Assembly (NCBI GenBank): GCA_002269645.1
Contig: NIVC01004385.1
Location: 1-47,875 of the forward strand
Source: Macrostomum lignano
Taxonomy: Eukaryota
Length of the DNA stretch: 47,875 nt
Direction: 5' to 3'
The position numbers and the translations under genes are program-made. This document shows, piece after piece, positions 35,905 through 47,875 of this stretch. The notes under the pieces are model-generated. The model was not told the origin of the DNA. It saw nothing but the letters and a program-made list of their open reading frames with translations, and did not search any database. Each line of letters starts with the position of its first letter. The stretch's first letter is position 1.

Positions 35905-36686
35905 CTGGAGGGAGGTATGGGAGGTGAGGAAGGTATGGGATCTTGAGGGAGGTATGAGAGCTGAGGGAGGTTTGGGAGCTGAGAGAGGTAGGGAGCAGAG
36001 GGAGGTAGGGAATGGAGGGAGCGGAGGGAGGTAGGGAGCGGAGGGAGGTTTGGGAGCTGAGAGAGGTTGGGAGCGGAGGGAGGTAGGGAGCGGAGGGAGG
36101 TAGGGAGCGGAGGGAGGTAGGGAGCGGAGTGGTAGAGAGCGGAGGGAGGTAGGGAGCGGAGGGAGGTAGGGAGCGGAGGGAGGTAGGGAGCGGAGTGGTA
36201 GGGAGCGGAGGGAGGTAGGGAGCGGAGGGAGGTAGGGAGCGGAGGGAGGTAGGGAGCGGAGGGAGGTAGGGAACAAAGGGAGGTAGGGAACAAAGGGAGG
36301 TAGGGAGCGGAGTGGTAGGGAGCTGAGGGAGGTAGGGAATGGAGGGAGCGGAGGGAGGTAGGGAACAAAGGGAGGTAGGGAACAAAGGGTGGTAGGGAGC
36401 GGAGTGGTAGGGAGCTGAGGGAGGTAGGGAACAAAGGGTGGTAGGGAGCGGAGTGGTAGGGAGCTGAGGGAGGTAGGGAATGGAGGGAGGTAGGGAGCGG
36501 AGGGAGGTAGGGAGCGGAGGGAGGTAGGGAGCGGAGGGAGGTAGGGAGCGGAGGGAGGTAGGGAGCGGAGGAAGGTAGGGAGCGGAGGGAGGTAGGGAGC
36601 GGAGGAAGGTAGGGAGCGGAGGGAGGTAGGGAGCGGAGGGAGGTAGGGAGCGGAGGGAGGTAGGGAGCGGAGGGAGGTAGGGAGTA
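35905..36686 (+). repeat. 17-bp G-rich minisatellite (GGAGCGGAGGGAGGTAG)
   Basis: Direct reading; it explains the proline-rich minus-strand ORFs. Confidence 0.95.
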
Positions 36687-38102
36687 ACATTACAACTGTA
36701 CTGGAACTGTAACATTTTACTCACAGGGCCAGATTTGTTCTCCATGCATAAGTACGACCGTTACAGCTAGCTTCATATACATGTATTTCACTGCAAGCAA
36801 CAATATATTCTAAAAACGATCAATACAATCAATAGTACGAAATAATAATTACACAAAGACAGAGCTCCACAAAAGTCAGTAATGGCTAAAAAGTACATTA
36901 CTATTCTATTAAGTTTTTGCAATTGTACATTAAGTTCTCTTTCTCAACGTAGACCGATTTATAGTCTACAGCATTGGCGCACGGAAAATTGGATTTTTTG
37001 TCTGTTGCTTTTACAATAAATGTTCTCAAATTTCACAATAAGTTAAGCCATGTCTTCAACCGAAACAACTCGATTTTGTGCGCATCAAAACAAGAGCGCA
37101 CTTTGCAATAATGGCTACTTGCCTTATCTTTTTAAAATTCAGTGTGAGATACGAGAAAGCTACCAGACTACGGAGCAGTTTCTACTACTTCAATGGCTCT
37201 TTACTCTACAAACCAAAAGATTAAATTTGATTTCAGTATTTTAAAGGGTGATTTCTTCAGATTAACGTAGAAGCAGCCTCAGAACGGGTGTTGGTGTTTC
37301 GCGGCCTGGCCCGGCCCAGGGCCGCGGCGTTGTTACTTTAGTTTTTAACTTAATTTAAAAAATAGAGCATCAGAAGTTCATTAAATTGACAATCAATATT
37401 TTACAACGTAGTAAACTCACAATTGACTCTAAAAATATGCGGCATTCTGGTCAGTATTTTTTGTTTTACTTATTTACTAAAATAGATTTACATTGGCTAA
37501 ATACTATTAGGGGGATCGCCCAGGACGGGCCGGGCCGTGAATTACCGATTCCCCTCGAAACAGTAAATTTATTCGTTTGAATTGGTAAAACAAAAGTCAC
37601 AACATTTTGTTAATTTTAAGAATTGACACATAACTTACACACACAAAATCTGTAACAGTATAGTTTTTATTACATTTTGAAGTTTAGCTATAGCATTCGT
37701 CATGAAAATGAATATTTTTTTAACTTCCTTCAAAGCGATAATTAAATAAAAATTTCGCGCCTGCGCGAGTCTCTTTGGCCCGGGCCATCAGCCGTGGATG
37801 TGTGCCTCTGGCTCTACTAGTACTACTACTTGACATTTTAAATATTTGTCCTTGCCATATGTTCTCGCTTTGATTTTAGCCTTAGTTATTTTTAATTTTA
37901 AACTTAATTCGAGCCTTTGATTTAAATTATTATAATAATTATTATTAGTTATGTCTATCGCCTTGGGCTTGGATTTAGTAGTAGGCTAGAATCTACTAGA
38001 TGAGGTTAAATTTTAGTTTATGACTATGCCTAATCAAGTTGCATTTTAGATTTAATCTTCAGGTTACAATAATGCTATTAGATTTTGGCATGATATGATG
38101 TA

Positions 38103-39916
38103 TTAGGGTGAGCCAAAAGTTTCCAGAATTTGAACAATTTAAAACTATAACAAATAGTGTCAAGAACAAACAGTTTACAGCGATGTGATGTAGTTGCCAT
38201 TCAAAGCCCTGACCCTCTCCCATCTTGCTGGCAATGCCTCAATCCCCTCCCTCCAGAAGCTCGCAGTCTTTGAATCAATCCATTTCTGCACTGCCTGCTC
38301 CACATGTTGCTTGTTGGCAAACCGCTGTCCATCACAAAAGCTCTGGAGAGACCTGAACACATGGTAGTCGCATGGCAAGAGGTCTAGCAAGTATGGTGGG
38401 TGGGGCAAAACACTGAAGCCCAGGCTTGCCAGCTTGGCCTGGGTGAGTCTTGCTTTGTGAGGCCGCACATTGTCGAAGAGGAGCATCTTGTTGCGGTGCC
38501 CCGGGCACACGAATTGCAGCAAATGGGCGACCTGCTCCAGTTTGCTGCAGATCACCTCTGCGTTCACAGCCATGCCATGCGGGATGACCTCCCAAAAAAC
38601 AGGGCCAGACGAGCAAAACCAGAAAGAGAGCAGCTCCTTGCTGCAGTGGGGGTTCCGCATTGGGCAGCTGGGCCATAGTTAGGAAGGTGTCCCATATACC
38701 CTGGAATGTACGCCGAGGAAAGGTTTCATGTGTAGGCTGATGTATGCCGATCTTTCAGAACTCAATTTTCCAAACTCTATAGGTACGCCAAATTGTACGC
38801 CAAAAAATTATGATTAATTTTTTTTTAAACTGTAGCGGATAATGAGTGTTAATAAACAAAGTAAAAATTGTACTAATTAAAAGCGCGGGGATTTTAGATT
38901 ATATTTGCAAATTTACTTTATAAATAAATTTCCCCTTGAGCATAAAATTTTAAAAAAGTAAGATAACTAAAAAAGATTTATAATATCAATTTTTTTGACT
39001 TCACATATTTCAGTATTGTATTATCACGACACAACAAAGCAATTTGAACAATAACCCTTTGTACGGCGTACAAGGATGCTATCCAATAGGTATGCCAATC
39101 ATTTTGGCATACCAAAATTTGCATGCCAATAATGTACGCCAAAATTTATCTAATGTAAATGCACGCTGGAATTTTCCAGCATATAGGACACCTTCCTGAC
39201 TATGGCAGCTGGGTGGTTCTTCAGAAGCATCAACCCAGATGGCTGATGTGCTTGGGTTCTCACAGTAGACCCACTTCTTATCTTGAGTGATTATCAACTT
39301 GAGAAAGTTTGGCGAACCGGCCTAGTGAAGATTTGAAGTCGCCACATCCCCCTGGCTCTTAGCTGCTGAGGTGTCAGCTCATGGGGCACCAGAGTTGGCT
39401 TCTTCGGCACCTTGTCCGCAGCATGCAGGCTCCACTGGACTGTGCCATAGGACACCCCAGTAGCAGCTGGCAGCTTGCACACGCTGTAGTCCGGATTGTC
39501 CCCAAGGGCTTGGAGAACGGCATTGCCATCAGCAGCAGGGGGTCGGCCTGAACTCAGCTTGTCCTTCAGCTCATAGTTCTCCTCAGCAAAGCGAGAGAAC
39601 TAGTCGTACACTGACGACTTGGAGGGTGCATGTGGGCCCATCAGCTGCAACAACTCGCGATGTGCCTCTGCTGCATTGCGTCCCGCATGAAAGTGATTGA
39701 GCAGAATTGCTCGCCATTCAGTCTTGGCAGTTCCATTGGATGTGTTTGCTGGCTTAAGTAGGCAGGGTCTGGGAACTGAGAGATGTTAAGCTAAAGAGTG
39801 ATGATAAGGCTGGCCAACAGCATAGTAGATGGTTGCTGCTTTTAAGCTTTTCCATAGACAAAAATTAACTAAAAGTTTGATTCTAAAAAATTCCGGAAAC
39901 TTTTGGCTCACCCTAA
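38103..39916 (-). mobile_element. Inactive mariner (DD34D) transposon with TA target duplications; transposase pseudogene ~39736-38175
   Basis: TIRs TTAGGGTGAGCCAAAAGTTTCC(A/G)GAATTT at both ends, flanked by TA (38101-2, 39917-8). The HTH region has a frameshift and a W>TAG stop. IITQDKKW and FDNVRPH...PCDYHVF motifs are present, with 34 residues between the second and third Asp. The ORF is interrupted by a MITE. Confidence 0.95.
38673..39205. mobile_element. 533-bp non-autonomous TIR element (MITE) nested in the mariner, 8-bp TSD CAGCTGGG
   Basis: TIRs CCATAGT(T/C)AGGAAGGTGTCC(C/T)ATAT. TSD at 38665-38672 and 39206-39213. Removing the element restores the transposase frame (EEPPSCPMRNPH). 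Confidence 0.92.
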
Positions 39917-41729
39917 TAATTATCATAATCACTATATCATCATTATCAAATTGCGCCAGACAAAGCAGTGGCAAAAGTTAGGCCTAATTATTCGCTGCAC
40001 GCTGAATATATGAGTTGGGATTGTGACAGCTATTTCAGGGAATGGACTCTCTTTTTATTCTTGTTTGCTTGGAATACCACGCTAAACAAATACATGATTG
40101 AGCTTGCACTCTCAAAAGTCTGTTCCATGAACTAGATGTCACAACATTGCAGATGCCACAGCATTCTTTCATTTTGCAATTACGTAGCACTATCCATTTG
40201 GGAGTCAGGACTTTCAATATACATTCCCCCTTAGAAGACAGCAAAATTATAAGTTAAAATTACTCTTAAAATCTAACTTCAAAATAGGACCACTTCTAAG
40301 CTTAGTAGGCCTATTGTCATTGACATTGTAGCATCAACTCAACTTGTCTCTTGTGTTTTGTTAGGAATATAGCTTATATTCACTTTTCTCATAAAATCAT
40401 TTAAATGGTCAATTTATATATAGGTGATGATAAGACAGAACCAAAAGAGCTTATTGGATTTGAATTACAATCACAAACAACAAAATTATATTAGAGGGAT
40501 TGTAGGTTCTATTTCAAAATTTTAGAAAATTATCAGTATAGGCCTATTAATCAATTGATAGAAATCCTGCTATTTTGTCTTGGCTAAATCTTGGACATTC
40601 CATAGAAGCAAGAATTGGACATTTATAGGCCTAACTAATGCACTTGCTTTCGGCCCCCTTTCACTTTTGTTTTACAATCCTATAGTAAAATAGATATATG
40701 TTTTATATTGAGCAGGATTGTAAGACAAAAGTAGGCCTTAAGGGGGTGCAGAAGCAATTACTATCAAAACACATAATTTTGTTCTTAACTGCACGTCAAT
40801 AATTGATAGAAATATCTCGTTTGACTATTTTATATAGACTAGACTTCATGTTAGTAAAATAAAAATAATTGGAACCATCTATTCAATTTTGTGATATGAT
40901 CCTTTTAATACAATTTTTCTATTGGTTGTAATTCAAAACCTACAAGCTCTTTTAATTTTGTCTTATAATCAACTACATATAATATAGGCCCCTAATTTTA
41001 CCATTTAAATGATCATAGAACAAAAGTGAATATAAGCTATACTTCCGTAAGTTTCTATGACTATGCTACATTTCAATAAAAATTGCAATGATGATTTGAA
41101 ATAATTTGAAAAGTGATTACAATGTACAATAATTGTTAAACATAATTTTTTGATATATTAGAGTGTTTTTTGACTCTTTATTGGAGATCGTAAGACAAAA
41201 CTTGACCTTGCTATAAAATAAAATGCTATAAAATATCACTTTGATTAATAAAACTATATAAACTAAACTGGATATAGTGCTCCAAATGCTCCAATAAAGA
41301 TGTATATATTAGCCATTAAAAATAATTTGAGCTATAATGACTTTTCTAAAATAGTCTTTGCCAATAATGGTCTTTTTCCAAAATAAACTATGTCCCTTTG
41401 TTATGCATTTAGCGAAGCAGTTAGCATGACATAGCATAATGATTTGAAATGGCATAATAATATTTCATGGCATATTAGTACTAGCATAGCATACTATAGG
41501 AACTTATAATTCCTATATTGTATGTCATACCATAATTATTTATATTACTTCTTGCAGGCAATTTATTTAATCTTTTATAAAATAAAACAATATCCCATTA
41601 TATGTCTATGGAAAACTCTGGCTTTAGCTTAGCTGAAAAGTTCAACTATTAATGTCAATATTTGACTTCTTAAGAAAATTTCACTGCTTTTTCTTGCTGT
41701 TTGAAGAGCACATTGCCCATCTTGGCTGC

Positions 41730-41950
41730 ATCACCATGGATTTGAACTCAAAAGAAGGAAAATGTGCTGCAATTTTCACACTTTGGAAGCTTTGAAAGAA
41801 GTGCTTTGAGATCTTTTCCAATTTATGCAACATTCATGGAGCTAGCACAATAAGCAACTAATGGTTGCAACCTGACAGTTTACAACTGGGCTGAGCAGTT
41901 TGAGGCAGGAAAGACCAATGTTGCTGATCTGCTTAAGTCCATAGGCAAAT
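41730..41950 (+). pseudogene. Decayed mariner transposase N-terminal (HTH) fragment
   Basis: MDLNSKEG...IFSNLCNIHGAST then TVYNWAEQFEAGKTNVADL, resembling the mariner TVYRWF..F..G..SVED motif; stops and a frameshift are present. Confidence 0.55.
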
Positions 41951-42599
41951 TCTGCTCTATGTATCCCTCAACAGCTGTATGCAGATGCCATCAACAGCAT
42001 CCCCAACAGATGTTTTGTGTGTCAAATTGAGTGGAAATTATTTGAAGGTTTTTGCACCATCTAAGGATGAGTGACCAAGAAAAAATTGCTGCTAATAACC
42101 ACGCATCTCTGTTTTCCCAGTTTACAGATTTTTATAGATTTCTTATAAGTCTACAAGTGACTCTTTTACTACATATGTAGTTGTAACTTTTGATAAAACT
42201 GACAGAATAAAATGTAACATGACAGAAAAGGTAAGTAAAAATTTACTATAGCAAACACAGTCTTGAAAATTTTGCAACACTCCTCATGTAATACCAGGTA
42301 TAAAACTGGCTAAAATAAGTCCAAAGGATATTGCAAGAATTGCTAAAATACAATATCAACTCAATAAAATCTATGCAAAGCAACATTAGAATCCTAAAAA
42401 TTGGCCATTTGGTAAATCAAAGGTATATTTTTTGTTGGAATTTATAAATATAACAGTTATAAATACACTTCTAGGTTCAAATAGGCTATGGAAATTGATA
42501 TACCTATCTATAAATCTTATAACTCTAACTATGAAACAATTCAAATTCAGAAATATAATAAATTGAATAATTAAGAAATAATATCATTCAATTGAATAC

Positions 42600-42602
<3 letters not shown>

Positions 42603-42666
<64 letters not shown>
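42603..42666. repeat. (TA)n microsatellite
   Basis: Direct reading. Confidence 0.97.
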
Positions 42667-42669
<3 letters not shown>

Positions 42670-43474
42670 GTTTTGATCTGAAAACATTTAAAATGTTTGT
42701 TTTGAAATATATATATAGTTTTCATTCTCTAATTAAAAGTAAAAATTTAAAAGTTTTTATACCAATCTAATCTGTATGAGTGATATGAATGATCTATATA
42801 TAGTTTAATATCTAATATTTCTTGGAGTGGGTACTCCAAACCCCTTGACCCCATACTATGTGGTATAACTAATTAGCCAGAAACTATCCAAACAACTGTT
42901 TTATTAATAGCTCATTTAAAGCAAAGTCTCAAAGCTAAAAAACCTGATATTGTGGTTATTTTTGATTTTTAATCATTTTTGTTTTGTCTGCCAGTAACTC
43001 GATGTGTTGGTCAAAGAGCATTTATAATAGCATTAGTAATGTATGTATATAATGTATATTAGTAGAGGACAAGACCATTTAAAGACTAGAATATGAACCA
43101 ATTAGAAACTGTTTGTGGCGCGATATCTTGTGTTAAAAATCAATCAATAATTTAATTTCTATTCAGAATGAATAGGAGTTTCGAGGTGTTTCGAAAAGGT
43201 TATTTTTCCCTCAATGGCGGGCGCCATTTAAGAATGCTTTTAATTGGTCTTCCTGACGCTAAAAGAATTCAAACAAATTTCTATTTAGAGTTTCGCTTAT
43301 TTCTTTTCCTTGCTATTTCTTTTTACCCGTTTCTGGTTCGAAGCTCGAACTCGGAGTCGGTAGGCATGCTCAGCTCTAGGCTTGTATCGATTTTTAATCC
43401 CCCGATCCAGTGTGCGCCGCACTCAGAGTCGTTTTGTTTAATAATAGGCCGGTTACAATATTCATGACCGGCTT

Positions 43475-46400
43475 ATGTCGAGCAAGCAGCCCTTGGAGGC
43501 CCTTGGGCGACGCCTTGAAACTACAATGAAACAACCCGCTAAGCTTACCAGCGATTCGCCCCCAACTAATTGCGAAGAAATTCTTGCTAAAGCAACCGAG
43601 TTAAACAATTTTAACGACCGAACTTGCTCGCCTAGTGAGGCTAAAGTGCTCAAAACAGACGACTATGATGATGCACCCCTGTCTGAGCCTGAGTTCGAAG
43701 CGGTAGAAGATGATTATCAAGACGACAAAGAGGATGGCGAATTGGATTCGGATGTCGAGCCAGCTCAGTCGGCCGATGATGATTCAACAAAAGCCTCCGT
43801 TACTAAGCAAGCAGCTACTGCATTAGCCGTTGTCGTGGAAACTGTTGCCCTAGCGGCTAGTCCCAGGCTAGCGGCTCAAGCTCAACCGCCGAAAGACTCA
43901 ACGGAGTCTGCGGCAGCGCCGCCGCCTGTAGTTAAGGAGGAATCCGATGGAGCTCCGGCAGCAAATGACGTCGATCAAGTTGTAGTTAAATTGGAATCGT
44001 CTACTGAATTAGTTAAAACTGCTAACGATTTCGAAATCGAAGATGAAGCATTACGAAGCCAGCAGCTTGATGATGTTAGTAGCAAGCCTAACAATAATGC
44101 AGACAGTGCAGCTGTCCAACCAATCGAGTTGCCAGTAAAACAGGAGCGACTTAAACTTGATTATGATGCTAATAAAGAAGCTGATGAAGCTGAACAAGAT
44201 GATGAAGATGAGCAAGCCGCCGATGATGACGATGATGAAGCTGGCAAAATTGCTGAGCAGACTTCATTGGGCTCTGAAGCGATTCGTCAAGCAAGCGATG
44301 AGGAAGACGCCGATGAAGAAGAAGACGATGACGCAGAAGATGCCGAAAATGACGAAGAAGATGATGAGGGAGATGCAGCTGCTGGTCGGCTTGACGCTGA
44401 AGAAGTCGAAGAAGATGAATTGGATGACGATGACGGGATGAGCGGCCTTGACACGATTCTGGCCAATACTGACAGCATCAACCTTGAACAATACCAGCCA
44501 CAGTATCCGTCCAGGTACTTTCAGCGTCGGCACCTGCTGTTAGCTGATTCCCAGCATCAACAGCAGCTTGGACATTTGCCTCACGGAGTTCCACTCCCTC
44601 AGCAGCAGCATCATCAGCACCATCTGCACCATCCTGCTCAGGGCTACCGGCCCACTCCGCCACCGAACGTCACTTTTAGCCAAATGCAGCAGCATCCGCA
44701 TCATCAGCAGCATATGTTCGGCTATGCGCATCATCCTGCAGCTTCCCAGCCTCATCAGATGCAGATGCAGCAGCATCATCATCAGCAGCCTCCGCATCAG
44801 CACCATCCACAACAGCAGCAGCCGCCGCAGCCGCCCATGAAGTTTCTGTGTCAAATATGCGGAAAAACTTACGCTAATAAAAGTTCGCTTCGAACCCACG
44901 CTAAAACGGCGCACGGCATCGAAACACCCCGGCAACGACAGCATCATCTGATGCAGCAACAGTTGCAGAATCATCAATCTGGCTCAGTACTGCCAGGACC
45001 CGTGATGCACCGTTGTCCTCACTGCGACTTTGCCAGCCCGTTCAAATCTAACTTGGAGCGTCACGTGACTTCATTGCACGGAGGCGGCAGTGGCGGGCGT
45101 CTCTTTCAGCAGCAGCAGCAGCCGGCAACTCAGCATCATCACGTGCGCGAGTACACCCGCTCATCTGAGGGCAACCACCGTTGCGAGCACTGCGGCAAAC
45201 GATTCAATACGAAGCTCCGCATGCGGCAGCACCTGGACACGCACAATCCTAACAAGCCGTACATTTGTGACATGCCCAACTGCGAACGAGCTTTTCGGAC
45301 GGCGAAATATTTGAAAAATCACAAAGACGAATTTCACAAATTGCAGCCGCGCAAATACGACTGTCCAGTGCCAGACTGCGGCAATATCTTTCACAAACGA
45401 ACGCATTTGAAGCGTCACATGGAGTCGCACGTTGGCTATTCTGGCGCAAGCTTTTCCGACGCTTACGGCATGGGCGCTGGAACCAGCGATGCCAGCGTTA
45501 GCGGCCAGGGTCCGGTGCAGATGTCGCCGCAACAGCAACAACAGCAGCAGCAACCGCCAACTTTCCATTGTCAGTGGCCAGGCTGCGAGAAAGCTTTCCG
45601 GAGTCAGGGCGCTCTGCAGACTCACCGGTACAAGCACACCGGTGAAAAGCCGCTTGCCTGCGACCTGTGCAACTACAGGTGCAGGCAGAAGGTGTGCCTG
45701 ATGAAGCATCACGCCAGGCTGCATCCTGGCCAGGAGCAGCCGTCGATGCTGAACGGTAGACGAAAGCGCGGGCGCTATCCCGGTCCAGCCTCCGCTAGCT
45801 GCATCAATCCTGCTCAGCAGCAGCAGCAGCCAGCGCAGCAGCAGCAGCAACCTTCCCCGGCAATTGGACTTCATCATCAGTTGCAGCCGCAGCCGCCATT
45901 GCCGCTGCCAATATCTCAGCATCCGCTGCATCATATGCAGCAGCGAGTGCAACAACTGGCCAACGGTATGGGCATCGGGTTTGACGACTGCGATAATAAT
46001 AGCCTAAGATTGAAGTCGAAAAGATTGCCAGATAGCGAAGAATTGGAAGCTGCGGCCGCTGCAGCCTCAGTGATGGAGGAAGCCAGTGTCGATTCCAACA
46101 GGCGTAGAACAATGTCCACAGCGTCTGGTTTCCCAGTTAACGGCGACGAAGACTTCGCCGAGGAGGATATGGAAGACGAGGAAGAGGAGGATGAAGAGGA
46201 CTCCGGATGCTGGACGGAGCAGAAGCTGCCGCAGTGGTGCGCCGCCGCGCAGCAGCAGCAGCCGCCGCGACCGCGACGAATCAGAGGTTGAACCGAAGCT
46301 GGACACTCAAATCGATGGTATAATCAGCAATTTAGAGCGCGAATCGAATCTAATCGATTTTCTACAGCCGCAGTCCGACTGCGTCAAATTAGAGGTGAAA

Positions 46401-46908
46401 CAGCGTTCGCCTGACGTACCCGACTTAATTAGCAGCGTAACTCAGCAGCAGTTGCCGTTGCGTCAAGCCTCCACTCCAGACGCTGGCTGTGGTAGTAGTA
46501 AAGACTTTCTTGACGAAGTGCTGGAAGATATTCGGAGTATAGAATCAGCCGGAGTTCAGCTTGGCCAGGGTGTGAATCAGCAGCAGCAGCAGCCGGTTCA
46601 GCAGCAACAGCAGCAACAACAGCAGCGTCAACTGACACCTGGCGGTCGATCGCATCTGGACGCATCTGTGTGGAGCGATTCGTCCGGCTATTCAAGCGGT
46701 CACGACAGCGGCCCACCACAGCAGGCTCAGGTTGGCAAGGATTCCGGCGCTAATACCGCTGGCGGCTACGCCTACGGGCCTCAGCAGCCTCAGCAACAGC
46801 AGCAGCAGGGCTACTCACCCTATAGGCCGTCTGGCGGCATGTGGTGCGGAGGCGGCAACGATTCGTTTGCCTCGCCTAGCAACGCGCCGGCTTACGATTC
46901 TTATGCTG
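43475..46908 (+). CDS. C2H2 zinc-finger transcription factor (7 fingers, ZFP91/ZNF276/ZNF692-like finger set; acidic and poly-Q/H regions). The ORF as given stops at 46291; coding-like sequence continues in the +1 frame to a donor at 46909 and beyond the window
   Basis: Fingers CQIC, CPHC, CEHC, CDMPNC, CPVPDC, CQWPGC and CDLC all have paired His. HTGEKPLACDLCNYRCRQKVCL matches the TGEKPLQCEICGFTCRQKASL signature of ZFP91-like proteins. Donor G|GTAAGC at 46908/9. Confidence 0.85.
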
Positions 46909-46957
46909 GTAAGCTGAGTTCAAATTTAAAGCTGTTTTAGTGAGCTGTGCGAGTCTA

Positions 46958-47875
46958 AGTTGGCTAGATTAGCTATCCATTCTATTCCTTCATTGGTGAT
47001 GTTGGCTAGATTAGCAATCCATTCATTCCTTCATTGGTGATGTTGGCTAGATTAGCAATCCATTCTATTCCTTCATTGGTGATGTTGGCTAGATTAGCAA
47101 TCCATTCCATTCCTTCATTGGTGATGCTGGCTAGATTAACAATCCATTCCATTCCTTCATTGGTGATGTTGGCTAGATTAACAATCCATTCATTCCTTCA
47201 TTGGTGATGTTGGCTAGATTAGCAATCCATTCATTCCTTCATTGGTGATGTTGGCTAGATTACAATCCATTCATTCCTTCATTGGTGATGTTGGCTAGAT
47301 TAACAATCCATTCATTCCTTCATTGGTGATGTTGGCTAGATTAGCAATCCATTCTATTCCTTTATTGGTGATGTTGGCTAGATTAGCAATCCATTCTATT
47401 CCTTATTGAGATGTTGGCTAGATTAGCAATCCATTCTGTTCCTTCATCTGAGATGTTGGCTGGATTAGCAATCCATTCTATTCCTTTATTGGTGATGTTG
47501 GCTAGATTAGCAATCCATTCTATTCCTTTATTGGTGATGTTGGCTAGATTAGCAATCCATTCTATTCCTTTATTGGTGATGTTGGCTAGATTAGCAATCC
47601 ATTCTATTCCTTTATTGGTGATGTTGGCTAGATTAGCAATCCATTCTATTCCTTTATTGGTGATGTTGGCTAGATTAGCAATCCATTCTATTCCTTTATT
47701 GGTGATGTTGGCTAGATTAGCAATCCATTCTATTCCTTTATTGGTGATGTTGGCTAGATTAGCAATCCATTCTATTCCTTATTGTGATGTTGGCTAGATT
47801 AGCAATCCATTCTATTCCTTATTGGTGATGTTGGCTAGATTAGCAATCCATTCTATTCCTTCATTGTGATGTTGG
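46958..47875 (+). repeat. 42-bp satellite array 3, in the intron of the zinc-finger gene; truncated by the window end
   Basis: Same unit as 22787-23441. Confidence 0.97.

Overview
This is eukaryotic, intron-rich and very tandem-repeat-rich animal genomic DNA. Poly-Q coding exons and minisatellite-filled introns suggest a free-living flatworm such as Macrostomum, but that is inference. There are no prokaryotic operons, CRISPR arrays or rRNA genes. Four protein-coding genes can be reconstructed by hand with phase-consistent GT-AG exons: (1) FANCJ/BRIP1 Fe-S helicase (+, 11 exons, 2567-11485), with no in-frame ATG ahead of its Q motif; (2) a FAM78-family gene (-, 2 exons, 14877-13126); (3) a SRCIN1/KIAA1217 (sickle tail)-like AIP3-domain gene (-, about 9 exons, 23647-17568); (4) a 7-finger C2H2 gene with ZFP91/ZNF276-type fingers (+, from 43475), which has an apparent +1 frameshift near 46199 and runs off the window. 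Mobile DNA includes an internally deleted long-TIR mariner (1-971), a dead DD34D mariner (38103-39916) interrupted by a 533-bp MITE with an 8-bp TSD, a further mariner relic, a tRNA-derived SINE and Helitron-like heads. Most long ORFs in the ORF track are artefacts of tandem repeats. The best leads are a possible spliced-leader-donated start codon for FANCJ, inverted satellite arrays bracketing an exon, a 101-bp templated copy of a FAM78 exon, a microhomology-joined tandem duplication carrying a PHD-like micro-exon, and intronic arrays of perfect ETS and CLEAR/E-box motifs. I see no evidence for a wholly new biological system.
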